Below are positions 32,840-44,620 of a stretch of 64,000 bases of DNA, in pieces. A model generated the notes under the pieces. That model saw only the letters and a list, made by a program, of their open reading frames with translations, did not search any database and was not told the DNA's origin. Origin of the DNA: Macrostomum lignano (lineage: Eukaryota); NCBI GenBank assembly GCA_002269645.1, contig NIVC01000382.1, positions 248,001 to 312,000 on the forward strand. The letters are read 5' to 3'. A program made the translations under genes and the position numbers. Positions within the stretch are counted from its first letter, which is position 1, and each line of letters begins with the position of its first letter.

Positions 32840-35800
32840 TTATTCGTGCCTGCCCGCTGCGGGGGCGTACTGTGCACTGAGCTCAGATGCATTAAATTCG
32901 GTGGAGTGCGCACAGGACTCTGCCTGGCCTAAGACCGCAGGACTCGCCTGCGCCTGCTGGTTGGCATTGGCCGCTGTCTGGGTATTTTCCACTGTTCTAT
33001 CTATATTACTTCCAGTAGCTTCGTGAGCTCTCTCACGTTGCAAAAATCGAATTCTCTCTGGTCTCTGAATCTCCACTTGGACTCTTTCTGACTCCTCCGA
33101 GCCGTCATCACTAGCACTTCCAGCTTCCTCTTCTCGATATTGACGCAACTTTTCTTCTGACAAGTAGCAGGGCTTTGTTCTGTCTACTGTCACTACGTCA
33201 TGAATTCTGACGGGCTGCTCTATTCGGTCAACCTTCGGACCGGGTTCAATTTTTAAATTTTTTCCATTATTTCTTACTTCAAGCACTCGGTACGGACCTA
33301 CCCACTTCCTATTCGTATCATAACAGTTCTGCGTATTCGCTATCCAGACCAGGTCACCTGGCTGATAATACTGCTGGAATACTTTCGTGTCATAATTAGA
33401 TTTCTGTCGCCTGACTGATACTTGCTGCTTTTCTCTGGCGATTCTATACGATTCCATGCACTTCTTATACAGATCATGTAAATGTTTATCACGGGTCTTG
33501 CGCTCCGGCGAAGGCAATCCGAGCTCAGCATCAACCGGTAGCCGCATCTTTCGACCATAGACTAATTCGAACGGGCTAAATTTATTGCTTTCACTGACCG
33601 TGCTTCGCTGAACCATCAAAGCATGCGGAAGCACCTCATCCCATGCCAAACTGAGTTCACTCTGGGCTAATCTGATTCCATCTTTCACTACTCTGACCAT
33701 GCGCTCGCAGCGACCGTTAGCCTGCGGATGGTAGCTAGTAGTATGGCGCAGATCTATTCGGAAATTTTCAGTTAACGATTTCACTATTTCTGCAGTAAAC
33801 GACGTTCCTCTATCTGATATGAACGCTTCAGGGGCACCATGCCGAGTGATCCACTCTGTGTACAGGGCCCAAGCTGTACTCTCAGCTGTACAATCTCTAA
33901 GCGCTTTGACCTCTAGCCAACCCGTAAAGTGATCAACCATCAGCAGTAGGTACTTGTTCCCCCGTGCTGTGGCGCTAAACGGACCGGCGAAATCTATATG
34001 TACTTTCTCACCCATATAACTGCTTACTTCTGGTTCTAAGGGCGCTCGTGGCTTCGGCCCGTATTTCTTTCTTGTCTGGCACTCAGTACAAGTTTTAATA
34101 TATCTATCTAAGTTCGTTGAATAATTTGGCCACCAAAATCTCTGTCGAATCAAATCTTTTGTCTTCGAAATACCGCCGTGGGCCATCTGGTCATGATAAG
34201 CTCTAAACAACTGCTGCTCCAGGGCTTGGTTTTCCGGCAGTACAGTCTGCTCAAATTTTCGGCCTTCGGAATCTATCCAATTCCTGTAAATTATGTCATT
34301 TTTCACTAATAGCTGCTCATAATCGCTAAATAAATACTTATAACTGCGGCTCATTCCAACCCATTCATTCTTGGGCGGACAGGGCTCTCCCTGTCTGAGC
34401 TTTTGCTTGAGCAGCAGCAACTCTGGCTGGCTCTCCTGCAGTTCTACAATTCCCGCTGGCGTATCGATATTAATTGCACCGCAGTGGACTGTTGCTGTCT
34501 TCGTCGCACTGCAAGTGGGGCATTCCTCATGGTAGCGTTTCGGGGGACCATCCCGCTGAGGTCTGCGACTCAGGGCGTCTGCGTTACCATGGGCAATCCC
34601 TTGGCGGTACTGAATTGCAAGGTCATATTCTTCCATTCTCGAGATTACTTCAAACTGATCAAACTGCTCAAGGATCATGTTCCATCTTCCTAACATGCCT
34701 TTTGCACCGTGGCACTTGCGTAGCCATTGGAGAGCCGCGTGGTCTGTCCTGACCTTGAAACGACGGCCGACCAGATAAGGCCGGTAATGTTCTAAGAAAT
34801 ATATCAGCGCAAACATTTCCTTCATCGTAGTGCAGTAATTCAGTTGATGCTCATTTAACGGATGCGAAGCATGGGCTATTACTTTTTCTTCCCCATCTTG
34901 CTCTTGTAATAAATTTCCACCTATAGCTACGTCACAGGCGTCGACATCGAGGATGAATGGTCCTGCGTCGCTATCGAACCTGGGGTAGCTCAGCACAGGT
35001 GCGCTCACTAGCTTCTGCTTTAATAGATCAAATGCCCTCTGGCAACTGTCATCCCACTTATACTTGACATCTTTTCTGGTTAAATTATTTAAAGGCTCAC
35101 TTATACGCGCAAAGTCTTTAATAAATCTGCGATAGTAGCCGGCTAAGCCTAAGAATCCGCGCAGCTCAGAGATATTCTCTGGCCGGGGCCATGTCTGGAC
35201 TTTTTCTATCTTATCTTTGCTAGTATAAATACCGTGCTGGCAAACGGTGTGCCCTAGGAAGATGACTTCTTTTCGAAACAGAAAAGTCTTCTCCGGCTTG
35301 ATTTTCATACCAGCATCTGCTAATCGGGAGAAAATTAATTCTAAATTACTGAGCATTTCATCGAAGTTTTTTGCCTGTGCAGATGACATCATCTAGATAG
35401 AGTAAGGCGAACTTGTAAGCATAATCACCTAAGATCTTCTGCATTATTCGCTGAAAGCACGCGGGTCCATTCGTGACTCCGAAAGGCAAAACTTTCCACT
35501 GGAACAGGCCATTATGGGTTCGGAACGCTAATTTCTCGCGGTGAGTCTCTCTGACCTTCACTGACTAATAAGCGCCGACCATGTCTAGGGTGCTAAAGTA
35601 CATGTTGCCTGCCAGGGATTCCAGGGATTCTTGAATTAGCGGTAACGGAAAACTGTCCTTAGTCTTATTATTTAACTGTCTGAAGTCACAGCAAAATCTG
35701 AATTCTCCGGACTTCTTCCGGGCGAGAACAATAGGGCAACTCCACTCAGATTCTGAGGGCTCAATCAAATCGTGCTCTAATAGCTGCTGCACATGCCCGC

Positions 35801-37539
35801 TAACAAATTCTTGTTGCTCAGGGCTTTGCTTGCGCAGGGGAATTCTGACTGGAATTTCGTCGGTGGTTTCAATCTTGAATTCTCCCATCTTGGTCTTTCC
35901 GATATCCCACTGGTCCTTCGACACAATATTCTGATAACGATGTAAGAATTCAATTACTTTTGCCTTCTGAGCCTCACTTAAATCGGTCTCGTTTAAGCGG
36001 AATTGCTTTCTAATTCTTTCTGCTTCTTGTATCGTGACTGCTGCCTTCGGTTGCTTTTGCGCACCTACTTCTAAATCAGTTTCTGACATTGCGAAGAGTT
36101 CTACATCCTCCTTCAGCGGTTGATACTGCGCCACTACCTCATCCTTATGAATTGTCTGAGCCTCTTCTGTCAGGTTCATTAACCTAACGTATGTTTCACC
36201 GAATTCGTCTAATCTAGTAATAGCTTTAGCTACTAATGGCTCATCTTTCTCGCTAATTTGACTGCGGCCTGAAATGAAGCCGAGTTCTGCTGTCTCTGGA
36301 GTATCTTTACATTTAGCCTTGACATAAATTTCACTCATCGGTGCTATAGATACTTTCTTGACTACTTGCAGTAGGACGCAACGCGTTTCATCACTCGTTG
36401 TTACAAGCGGAATTCTGCGATCAATAAATTCTAAGGATTTTCCTGCTATATCTAATTTAATTTTATGCCGAGTTAACAGATCGATGCCTATAATTGATTA
36501 TGTTAGTAAGCCTTCAGCAACATAGAATGGGTGCGTGATCTCGCAGTCCCCAAATCTAACACGCAATGCTACTTGGCCTAATAAATTTGAAGTCTGGCCA
36601 TTTGCGGATCGCATATTTACAGAGCATGGTTTCAGACTATGATTGTCTGGATAGAGGCGCTGATATAATTTATTATCAATTAGGCAATTCGAGGCGCCGG
36701 TGTCAACTAATATTTTTTCGCTTAATCCGTTAATCTGGTTATCGAGGAATAATCCTGAATTCACTAATTGGCTAGATATGTCTGCTTCTACGCTCTTCTC
36801 TTGCTTCTCTGTTGCTTTCTTTTCAGTTGTCACATCTCGCTGGATGGCTGTCTCCAACTTTCTTAACTCCTGCTTCATTTCCCTAAGTTCAGCTCTAAGT
36901 TCTGCTGTCGTTGCACTCTTGTCAGGTTCTTCTTTCGTTGATTCTTCTTGGACTTTCCCTACCAAGCATTGGTGCAAGTCCTTCAATTCGTTTCTTAGAT
37001 CTGATAATTCTTTTACTACTTTAGATTCGTCCACTGAAGCTTTCTTTCCTTCTACTTCACTAAGTCGCAAGTCTATGCTGTTTAATGCACTTCTCTGAGC
37101 TGCCGCAGCTTCGCTTCGTTTCTCTAATTCTTCTGTCAATTGCTCTGACTGTCTAGCTAAGCTCGCTGACTTTTGTGTGTTAATTTCTGCTAATCTGTGT
37201 TCCTTGCTTGAGCAAATTCTAACATTGACTGCTCTCTGTTTCCTACTATGAGTAGTATCGCTAGTGCGAATAAATTTTACTGTCACCCTCTGGCGCAGAA
37301 AATGCATAATTTCGTAATCAGTTGCTATATTAGTATTAGTCACATGAAAGAAAATATCTCTATTATTGCTATCTCGCAGAAATCCGTAGCCTCTGTAATA
37401 ATTATACCAAACTAAATTGCCATATTCTACATTGCCTGATCGAACTCGCTGGTCTTCTACTGCTGCAGCTCTTCTACTGGGAGCAAATCGGTTTAGTGGC
37501 TGGGGGCGGTTGGCCCTCCCTTGGTGCGCCCCGTCGGTA
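32840..37539 (-). pseudogene. pol: Gypsy element 2 pol: cold-shock domain, coiled coil, protease, RT, RNase H, integrase (frameshifts and a stop as assembled)
   Basis: LVDTGAS; WSCPIVL.RKK..RFCCDFR; FSTLD; FG.TNGPACFQR; YLDD; DVDAC; TDHAAL; H..HGG..C..C; IDFAGP; SDRGTSF; NGRCER; GPY. Confidence 0.93.
37215..37427 (-). other. Cold-shock domain (CSD) in the pol frame of Gypsy 2
   Basis: EYGNLVWYNYYRGYGFLRDSNNRDIFFHVTN...QRVTVKF...QRAVNVRI, in frame with ORF 36498-37343. Shows RNP1-like RGYGFL and RNP2-like DIFFH. Confidence 0.85.
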
Positions 37540-38727
37540 GTTTAAAGAATTTCGTCTAACTGGGCAGTCTCTGGCCAGGTGAGTTTCTTCGCCGCACTCA
37601 TAACAGGCCTTTCTCGCATTTGGCGCGTTCGCCCCCGAAGGTTTGAACCTGTCATTGGCCCCTCCGGCCTCGTGACCAAAGCGTGGCGGGCGTGTCATGG
37701 CGAGCCTGACAAATGGCGAAGACTGCCTATTATAGGGTCTTGAATAGCTGCTCAAATGATGCTGTGGCCGGACGCTATTCTGAGGCTGCACTGGTGCCTG
37801 TGGCCTATAGCTTGGGTTCATTTGTCTATGGGCAAACCTGGGTTGCCATTGCCTGTAGTCGAACTGAGGCTGATAATTCTGGTACGATTGGTACTGCGAA
37901 GGATAGTTGCTCGGGGAAGCAAACTGAGGTCCAAATGACTGGTGGCCTTGCCCCGTGCTGGGTGCTGCTACAGGCGTCTGTTCCTTCCCTACTTGAGCCG
38001 TTAACGTATTTGAGCCCTCTTGCTTCCTTCTATTCTTTTGGTTACCTGGGTTTGCGAGTTCTTCGAGGATCTCCTCGTTCTTAGCTGCAGTCAATAAATC
38101 TTGAGTCTGATACTTCGATTCATGGGTTCTACGATAGGCAATAACTGCGCGCCTGACTTTATAATTCGCTATGCCGGCTTCAAATCGTTCGGAGACTCGC
38201 TCTCGAGCCTGATTCTCTAATCCTGCCTTCCTAACTAATTCAACTAATGCGTCGTAAAATTCTTCTAACGATTCGTCTTCCTTCTGCCTGCGGTTCATCA
38301 GCTCTAGCTTCGCTTCTTCTTTCTGTCCAACGGGCTTAAATTTGTCTTTTAAAGTCTTTTCGATACTTTCGAAAGATTCGGTGCTCGCTAGGCCTAAGTT
38401 AATATAAACCTTGTAGGCGTCTTCGTCTAGGAGCGACAATAGCTGATACACTTTGGCCGATTCATCTATACCGTTGCCTCGACAGTAGTTGTTGAAGATT
38501 CTTAGAAACAATTCAAAATCTGAGCCAAGTCGGTATGGCTTTGGCCTTGCTACGCTGTTATGCGACTTCAAAATCACTCTAGGTTCAGGATTTTCGGTTT
38601 CCATTCTTCTTATGCGATCCTGCAGTTCTCTCACTACCGTTCTCAAGTGTTCGGCCTCGTCTACTTCGCCTTCGTTCCTAATCTCAGCTGACTTCGATTC
38701 TTGACTATTTTCTCCGTCTTGCGCCAT
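37474..38727 (-). CDS. gag: Gypsy element 2 gag
   Basis: RRQKEDESLEEF..L; CYECGEETHLARDC knuckle; in-frame slippery T TTA AAC at 37540-37546. Confidence 0.92.
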   Translation of the reverse strand: MAQDGENSQESKSAEIRNEGEVDEAEHLRTVVRELQDRIRRMETENPEPRVILKSHNSVARPKPYRLGSDFELFLRIFNNYCRGNGIDESAKVYQLLSLLDEDAYKVYINLGLASTESFESIEKTLKDKFKPVGQKEEAKLELMNRRQKEDESLEEFYDALVELVRKAGLENQARERVSERFEAGIANYKVRRAVIAYRRTHESKYQTQDLLTAAKNEEILEELANPGNQKNRRKQEGSNTLTAQVGKEQTPVAAPSTGQGHQSFGPQFASPSNYPSQYQSYQNYQPQFDYRQWQPRFAHRQMNPSYRPQAPVQPQNSVRPQHHLSSYSRPYNRQSSPFVRLAMTRPPRFGHEAGGANDRFKPSGANAPNARKACYECGEETHLARDCPVRRNSLNYRRGAPREGQPPPATKPICSQ

Positions 38728-39253
38728 TGCTAAGTTTCAACCAATTGGAATTTCTATTACTGCAACTTCAGAAAGTACAACTTTAAAGCTATAACAATTT
38801 CAATAATCTAGCTTTCTATTTTATCTACTGAGCGGAATCGGTCGCCTCGCTCGCACTGGCAATAACTGATAAGAAAAACTGAATGTACACTGAGACAAAT
38901 TCAACCAATGTACTCTCTAGTGCGCGCACTCGCAGACTATGCTGATAAACACTAATGAAATTTTCAACCGTAAACAAAATCTACTGGCACACACAAGTTT
39001 CTATTAAAGTGCTAATTTTAGTTTTAGAAAGTCAAGTTTATTTTTCCCACTCCTAAATCATATTCAGTATTTTGGGGTAACTGGCCAACCGCAAAACCAC
39101 ACCTAATGCGGAATTGCTGCACACTGCGTGGTTGACGAAATAGCCTCTACGAGCCTGGAACAGACTCGTTGAGTTTTAGTCTAAGCTTGCTCACTTAGAG
39201 CGCCTACCAATAAACTGCCGCCTGCTAACTATTGGATTCCCAGGGGCTCCACT

Positions 39254-40277
39254 TGTGATAAAAAGGCAATTAGATAAATATATTGCATGCACGATAAGCA
39301 ATTATTTAGGCCCTAGACAAACCTATTTTTGGAGCGTTCAGAGATTTTAAAGCTATTGGCCCTAATTGCCTATCGCCGGTCGACGAGTCCTACCAATCTT
39401 TCTCCAATAGTCACAGTACGGTACAAGAAAAGAAGGAACACAGGTGAACACGAACCGAATAGATTTGGAGAGTGATAATCCTATATGAATAAAGCTGATA
39501 ATGGCTAGACGATTTAATTTGATTATTTAAGCTACAGGATTCAAGCAATTCGCGGCGCAGATAATTAGACTGATGATAACGAATAATAACGATTAATAAT
39601 AATGATTATATTACGCACTGACAAGCGGATCTCAGCTTGAAGAAGAAGAAGGAGGCACCGAACACAGGACCACGGAGAAAGACTCCTAACCCCTGACCTA
39701 AGCCAGAACCTACACTCAAACGAGAGCCCTGCCGAATCGACCGTTCAACGGAGTACCGACTAAATTCTATCGGCACTGCCCTTCAGTGTGACACTGAGGC
39801 CCTCGGCCGTCGAGGCCGCGTACTTGATCAGATCCGACAGTCTCTATCTAAACCGCGCTTGATAGCGACGACGTCAGACAAGGATGCCGAATCGTTACGC
39901 TACAAGACTGAAGCGGTCGGGCGGGGAACAAAACTATGGACCGGGGTGACGAATTCAGAACGCCTCAAAGCGCGAATCAAAGGGAAACAGGCCACCGGCC
40001 GGGAAGCTGGACAAAACCAAGAACCGGGGAAAGAAGGGGGTGAGATCCGATTGCCAAACACACTTTCATTTATAGTCAGAGTCACAACTCCTCAAAACCC
40101 CCCTCAAGCCGGGTGGTGGTCGTCTGGCCGGCCGCTTGCTTAAGCCAAATTGCACTGTGCCCGCGGCGCCGGGTAGAATTGGAACTTGCCGCGTGCCAGG
40201 GTCCAGGCCGGTTCTGATTGGCTGGCCGCGCAAAGCTGGGGTTCGCAGACAAAAACTCAACCCTCCGCTGAGTCACA
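39254..40277 (-). repeat. Probable 5' LTR of Gypsy 2, followed by a short PBS-like TGGAGCCCC
   Basis: Minus strand TGTGAC...ATCACA ends with CCAAT and TATAAAT inside; TGG begins 2 nt after the end (39241-39251). No matching 3' LTR found, so unconfirmed. Confidence 0.45.
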
Positions 40278-40543
40278 AACGGCGTCTGACTTCTAGCCTG
40301 TTTACGCAAAATTGATTCTAACTAACAAGGAAAAAGTACACCAAAAACGTATGACTAAACTAAAGCAAAATAATAATTCAATAACAATAATGCAAAACCT
40401 AACTAATAGAATACAAGGCTATCGCAAAAGATGCTCACACTACATGCTGGAAAAGCCTCGGGAAGAAAATTGTAGTCCGAAAAAGCCTTGGCTGCAAGAC
40501 TATAAGAAGACGCAGTCTCAGGAAAGTGGATCAAGTGGCCAAG

Positions 40544-41100
40544 ATGATTGTCATTGATTTTGAATGATTTTCGCACCTCTACAAAACAGAGGACTTTGGG
40601 GTCGTACTATAAAGCTGTCGTAGCGTAAGTTCGATCGTACGTCGGAACTTTTACACTGCGAAGATAAGAGCTAAGAACGATCTTATCTTACGATGGCTTT
40701 ATAGAACGGGCCCTTTGTGATTAAGGAAATTGCATGGGTTGACTTTGCATGTGTTCAAACGACGGTTCATTACTATTGCTACCGGCCGCCGCGCACCTTT
40801 GAGCTCTTTGATAGAGGACAACGACGAACGAACCTGCTACTGGCTTACCAATGAGCCTCCGGTCTAGACTGGGACTGAAGTGGGTTCCGAAACTACTCTT
40901 GTCTCTGGAGCGATATCTCTCACTTGCACAAGGCCTGATACTCAGTAAAGGGGATGTCAAGTGCCAGTTCCTATCGCGCCTGCTGTTCCAGCCTGTCCAC
41001 GACCTAGCATAGATGGCCTTTCCGAGTGCCTCAAAGTACGTGCTACCCTGCGCCCTGGCCAAGGTGGCGCTGTACGCTGATTGGCTACAAAAAGGGTCTA
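40544..41100 (+). pseudogene. Small Maverick-associated DEDD/DnaQ-like ORF relic, interrupted by a MITE
   Basis: After removing the MITE: MIVIDFE*F..EDFVIKEIA..HY.Y.PP..(C)YWL..LGLKW..SKG..K..FL..VHDL..CALAKV.LY.DWL. Matches from memory a recurrent Maverick ORF (DxxGF..FIxKELA..HGLxW..KG..CAL). Confidence 0.6.
40598..40713. mobile_element. 116-bp MITE (PIF/Harbinger-like)
   Basis: Imperfect ~26-bp TIRs ggggtcgtactataaagctgtcgt / acgatggctttatagaacgggccc with 3-bp TSD TTT. Excision restores the reading frame D-F-V-I-K-E. Confidence 0.75.
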
Positions 41101-41106
41101 TAAAAG
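41079..41106 (+). promoter_or_regulatory. Inverted CCAAT plus TATA box upstream of the TBP-like ORF
   Basis: gATTGG at ~41079 and TATAAAAG at 41099-41106, about 50 nt before ATG 41152. Confidence 0.5.
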
Positions 41107-41151
41107 TAGCGATCTGCAGCAGGCACTGACATTACTCTCGATTGTCTAAAG

Positions 41152-41721
41152 ATGGTCGCAACAACAGGAGCCGATCTGGCGACCCGGGTGGCTCTGCCAC
41201 AACTAGCGAATTTCCTGACTCTTCATCTGCCTCAGTATCACTCAATCCGCCATCGCTTGGTTCATCCTCGAACACTGGCAGTGGTGATGAAGAGCGAGCA
41301 GCATCGAGTAACCGCGCTGGTGTATCCGACTGGACAAGTGTATGTCTGTGGAGCCAAAAGCATGGAGGAGGCTCTCGCAGAGACGGAGAAGATTGTGAAG
41401 CTGTGTGCGGACTTCTGGAAATTGACCTGTCTTCCCCAGATTCGCATCAAGACTATTACCTCTGTGACGACCTTTTTCGCGGGTCGCTATCCACTCCGGT
41501 TGAGGGAAGTCAAGTCTAAGTGGGGTACCTACGAGCCGAAAATGTTAAATGGGCTTGTGCTCGAGTTTACTGTCTCTGTAAAGTTGATTTTTGTTTCATT
41601 CATATCGCTGTATATAGCTGGTGCTCGCAGCGTGGTTGAGGCTCAGACTGCAGCTGATAACCTCTTCCGCATTTTGTATGCAGACCAAGCATCCGAGCCT
41701 ACTTTGCTGGACTCTGACTGA
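41152..41721 (+). CDS. Third TBP-like protein (Maverick relic C)
   Basis: RVTALVYPTGQVYVCGAKSMEEA; IRIKTITS; GTYEPKMLNGLV; LYIAGARS. Shares YPTGQ and RIKTIT with 33-605. Confidence 0.85.
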   Translation: MVATTGADLATRVALPQLANFLTLHLPQYHSIRHRLVHPRTLAVVMKSEQHRVTALVYPTGQVYVCGAKSMEEALAETEKIVKLCADFWKLTCLPQIRIKTITSVTTFFAGRYPLRLREVKSKWGTYEPKMLNGLVLEFTVSVKLIFVSFISLYIAGARSVVEAQTAADNLFRILYADQASEPTLLDSD

Positions 41722-41981
41722 GCTCGTTAACGGCATAACAGCAGTAGTGAGTCCTGTATCATTTAATATTACTATAAAATGCTTTACTGTAAAATACACT
41801 TTTTGAGTTTTTAAAATAATACAATACAATGTTTTCGCGTGGTAAGATGAATGAAGAACAAAAGGGGCAGCATTAAGGCTCGTCGCATGTATTTACAAAA
41901 CAGTATTATCGCCCCGAATCAAAGCATAAAAACACATGGGCAGTATTATGGCCCGAAACAACTATTTACAGTGAGAGAAAG

Positions 41982-42521
41982 TCAATTCTTGCGCGCGCGC
42001 TTCATTGATGGTGTGGGAGTTTCAGCTTGCTGGCTGAGCTCCGCTGATGGCTTATAGCGTTTTTGGAACTCGGTCTGGACTGCATGCCATGCCTCTCAAT
42101 GGTCATCCCACTCTGCTGGCTGCGTCTCTGGCCACATCACTAGCTGGTCCATCGAGAGTTTTGAGGCCCACTCCGCGCACTCTTCGGGCTCCGATGGGTA
42201 GTTTCCGAGCCACCACGGGTTGGCTGGTCTTTCGAGTTCTTCCAATATTCATTACCTGTGTTGCCACAGCTGTCGCCATTGCTCAGTTGGTAGCGGCAGG
42301 GCATACCTCAAGTGCAGCACGGGCCCGAGCACTGTTGGAAGGCGCCAGAGTGAGATTGCACCATCTTTGACCACCACTTGCCTGTTGCCACCCAGAAGGC
42401 ATTGCACATCGAGTTTCCTGTCAGCGAACTCCTCCAAGCGCTCTTTCAAGCTGGCCAGGCGTCAGAATTGATAGATGGTGAGCTCCATGCCGGTCAGACC
42501 TGGCCGATGATCCTCGCCAGA
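41982..42521 (-). pseudogene. PC4-like (tandem) protein relic, interrupted by a LINE
   Basis: SGEDHRPGLTGMELTIYQF*RL..LLGGNRQVVVKDG.ISLWR..LPLPTEQWRQL with internal stops. The frame continues on the far side of the LINE (~43627 onward). Confidence 0.6.
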
Positions 42522-43626
42522 CTTGAACCACTTTCTAATACTGATGGTTTGTGTGGCTACTCCGTAGCTATCGACTCGCGCGATAACATCAATGACCATT
42601 GGAACCCTGGTGAGCTTCATTGCTACACCGACGGTTCTAAGCAGTCAGCCAACACCGGCTTTGGTGTTGGAATCTTTCTGAACGGGAGGGTCATCGCTAC
42701 CCACGCTCAATACACTGGGGTCAACTCCAGTGTTTTCCAAAATGAAGTTCTGGCCATCAGCTCCTGCACTGCAGAGCTTCTCGCCACTGGCGTTACTGGT
42801 AAGAACATCATTTTCCATTCGGACAGCCAAGCTGCCTTGCACGCCATCAGTGGCTGCAGCACCAACTCTGCTACAGTCCTTGACTGTATCAAACTCCTCA
42901 ATGTGTTGGGTTCCGCCAACAAAATTACCCTTAAGTGGGTTCCGGGGCATGTGGGGATCCGAGGAAATGAGTTGGCTGACACCCTTGCAAAAGTTGGTGC
43001 CTCCGGCTCCTCTCTCGGCCCCGAACCTCTTGTCCCGATTCCTGGCTGTGTCATCGACTCGCGCATCAAAGCGTGGATCAGGACTCAGCACCGCTCGACT
43101 TGGGCGAACCGCACGAACTGCAGGCAATCCAGAGGCGCTGTCCCTCAGCCCTCTCACCAGCTCCGGAAGCTCCTCTTGCGCCTCTCGCGCAGAGACATCC
43201 GGGCTGCCACCATGACCCTCTCTGGTCACGGCTGCTTCTCCAGGCACCAGTACCTGCAGGGCAACGCCACCAACGCCACCTGTAGTTTCTGCAACTCAGG
43301 TGACGAAACCGCTGAGCATTTCGTCAGCATCTGTCCCGCCTTCACGCGGGCCAGACTCACTTACCTCGGGCCACACACATCTATTACTGAAGCGTGCAAA
43401 CCCGAAAACTTTAATCAGCTCATGCGCTACCTTCGGGCCACCCGCAGGGCTGAACTCTCCTTTCCAGAGAGCACCATAGCTGCTGGCGACACTGGGGGAC
43501 CTCCCTGGGCGGCGCCAACCCTCCGTCCATAGCGACGCGTCGGCCGTTCAGGGACTAGCGGAATGGGCGCCCGCGCCTTCCCGCTGTGTCCCCTCCGGGA
43601 CAGCCCTGCAGTTAAGTCAAGTAAGT
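42522..43626 (+). mobile_element. 5'-truncated non-LTR retrotransposon (LOA/R1/I-group type): RNase H, CCHC and 3' UTR
   Basis: YTDGSK, SVFQNEVLAI, HSDSQAAL, KWVPGHVGIRGNELADTLAK, LSGHG..CSFC...ETAEHFVSICPAF. Ends in (aagtc)-type repeats; CAGA at both junctions. Confidence 0.9.
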
Positions 43627-44099
43627 CAGATGGTTTGTGTGTCCGGCACTGCTATGACTTCTTCTCTAGCGGAAGACAGTGACCAGACCTCTTAATAATT
43701 GCTCTCTTAACCGAGCGTCTTATTTCATGTTATCGTAACGTTCTTTTCTATTTTCAAGCTTGAAGCATCGCTTCTTTAGCTTATGGCTGGGTGTGTGTCG
43801 TCTATGGCCACACCCAACAGGCACCAGGCTGATGCGATAACCATGTAGTAATTCTTTGAACGCCATCAGAAAAAAATCGTTTTAAAAAATTGCATGAAGC
43901 TTAGCGAGCGCAAGGTGCTTTGCTTATAAAGGGTACTGGACCCCTTCTCCCGCGGAGTGTTTTGACCAACCAAATCGTGCTCGGACCGACAGGACCTCTC
44001 GACCAATACAATCCCTTCCCCACATTATATTCGGAAATTCCGAGGAAATCACTTTAAATGCTTTCTGGACCAATAGAATCTCCTCCCTCACAATACCCC

Positions 44100-44486
44100 T
44101 CTACTCGGAAATTCCAAGCAATCGGATCCTTTACAGACACGAACCCGTTGACCGATAACATTGAAACTGTCTTCCGTGTCACCACACGTGGTAGAGGACA
44201 CTTACCAATGGACACTTACCAGACACTCAGCTGCCCGACCCCTCATCTGAGCCTGCTCCCCACCTCTGGGTCACCCCTAGGCTGGCTCGACCCCTCATCC
44301 GACCTGCCCGACCCCACCTTTGGCCTGCTCGACCCCACCTCTGGCCTGCCCCACCTCCGGCCTGCCCCACCTCCGGCCTGCCCCACCCCGCCTTCGGAGC
44401 CTCCTCATCACTGATTGGCTCCCCTCGCTGATTGGCCAGTCAGCCAATCAGCGACGTGCGCCAGACTGTAACATTTTCCTACTACT
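44100..44486 (-). mobile_element. Probable Maverick terminus with canonical 5'-AGTAGT end (relic C)
   Basis: Minus strand begins AGTAGTAGGAAAATG at 44486, followed by CCAAT boxes and GC-rich short repeats; abrupt switch to a Copia fragment. Inner boundary approximate, partner TIR not found. Confidence 0.55.
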
Positions 44487-44620
44487 CGTACGCATTGCTG
44501 AGCTTAGCATGAGCGATCATGGTTCTGGCTGATTCTTCTAGTGTGCGGTTCATTCGCTCTGCAACTCCATTCTGCTTGGGAGTATGGCCCACAGAAATCT
44601 CATGCTTGAAACATTGAGAT
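44487..44620 (-). pseudogene. Copia-like integrase fragment
   Basis: HEISVGHTPKQNGVAERMNRTLEESARTMIAHAKL. Confidence 0.8.

Noticed and set aside
42378-42521. N-terminal part of ORF 42378-43532 as part of the RNase H protein
   Set aside because: It is the antisense of the PC4-like relic read through the LINE 5' junction.
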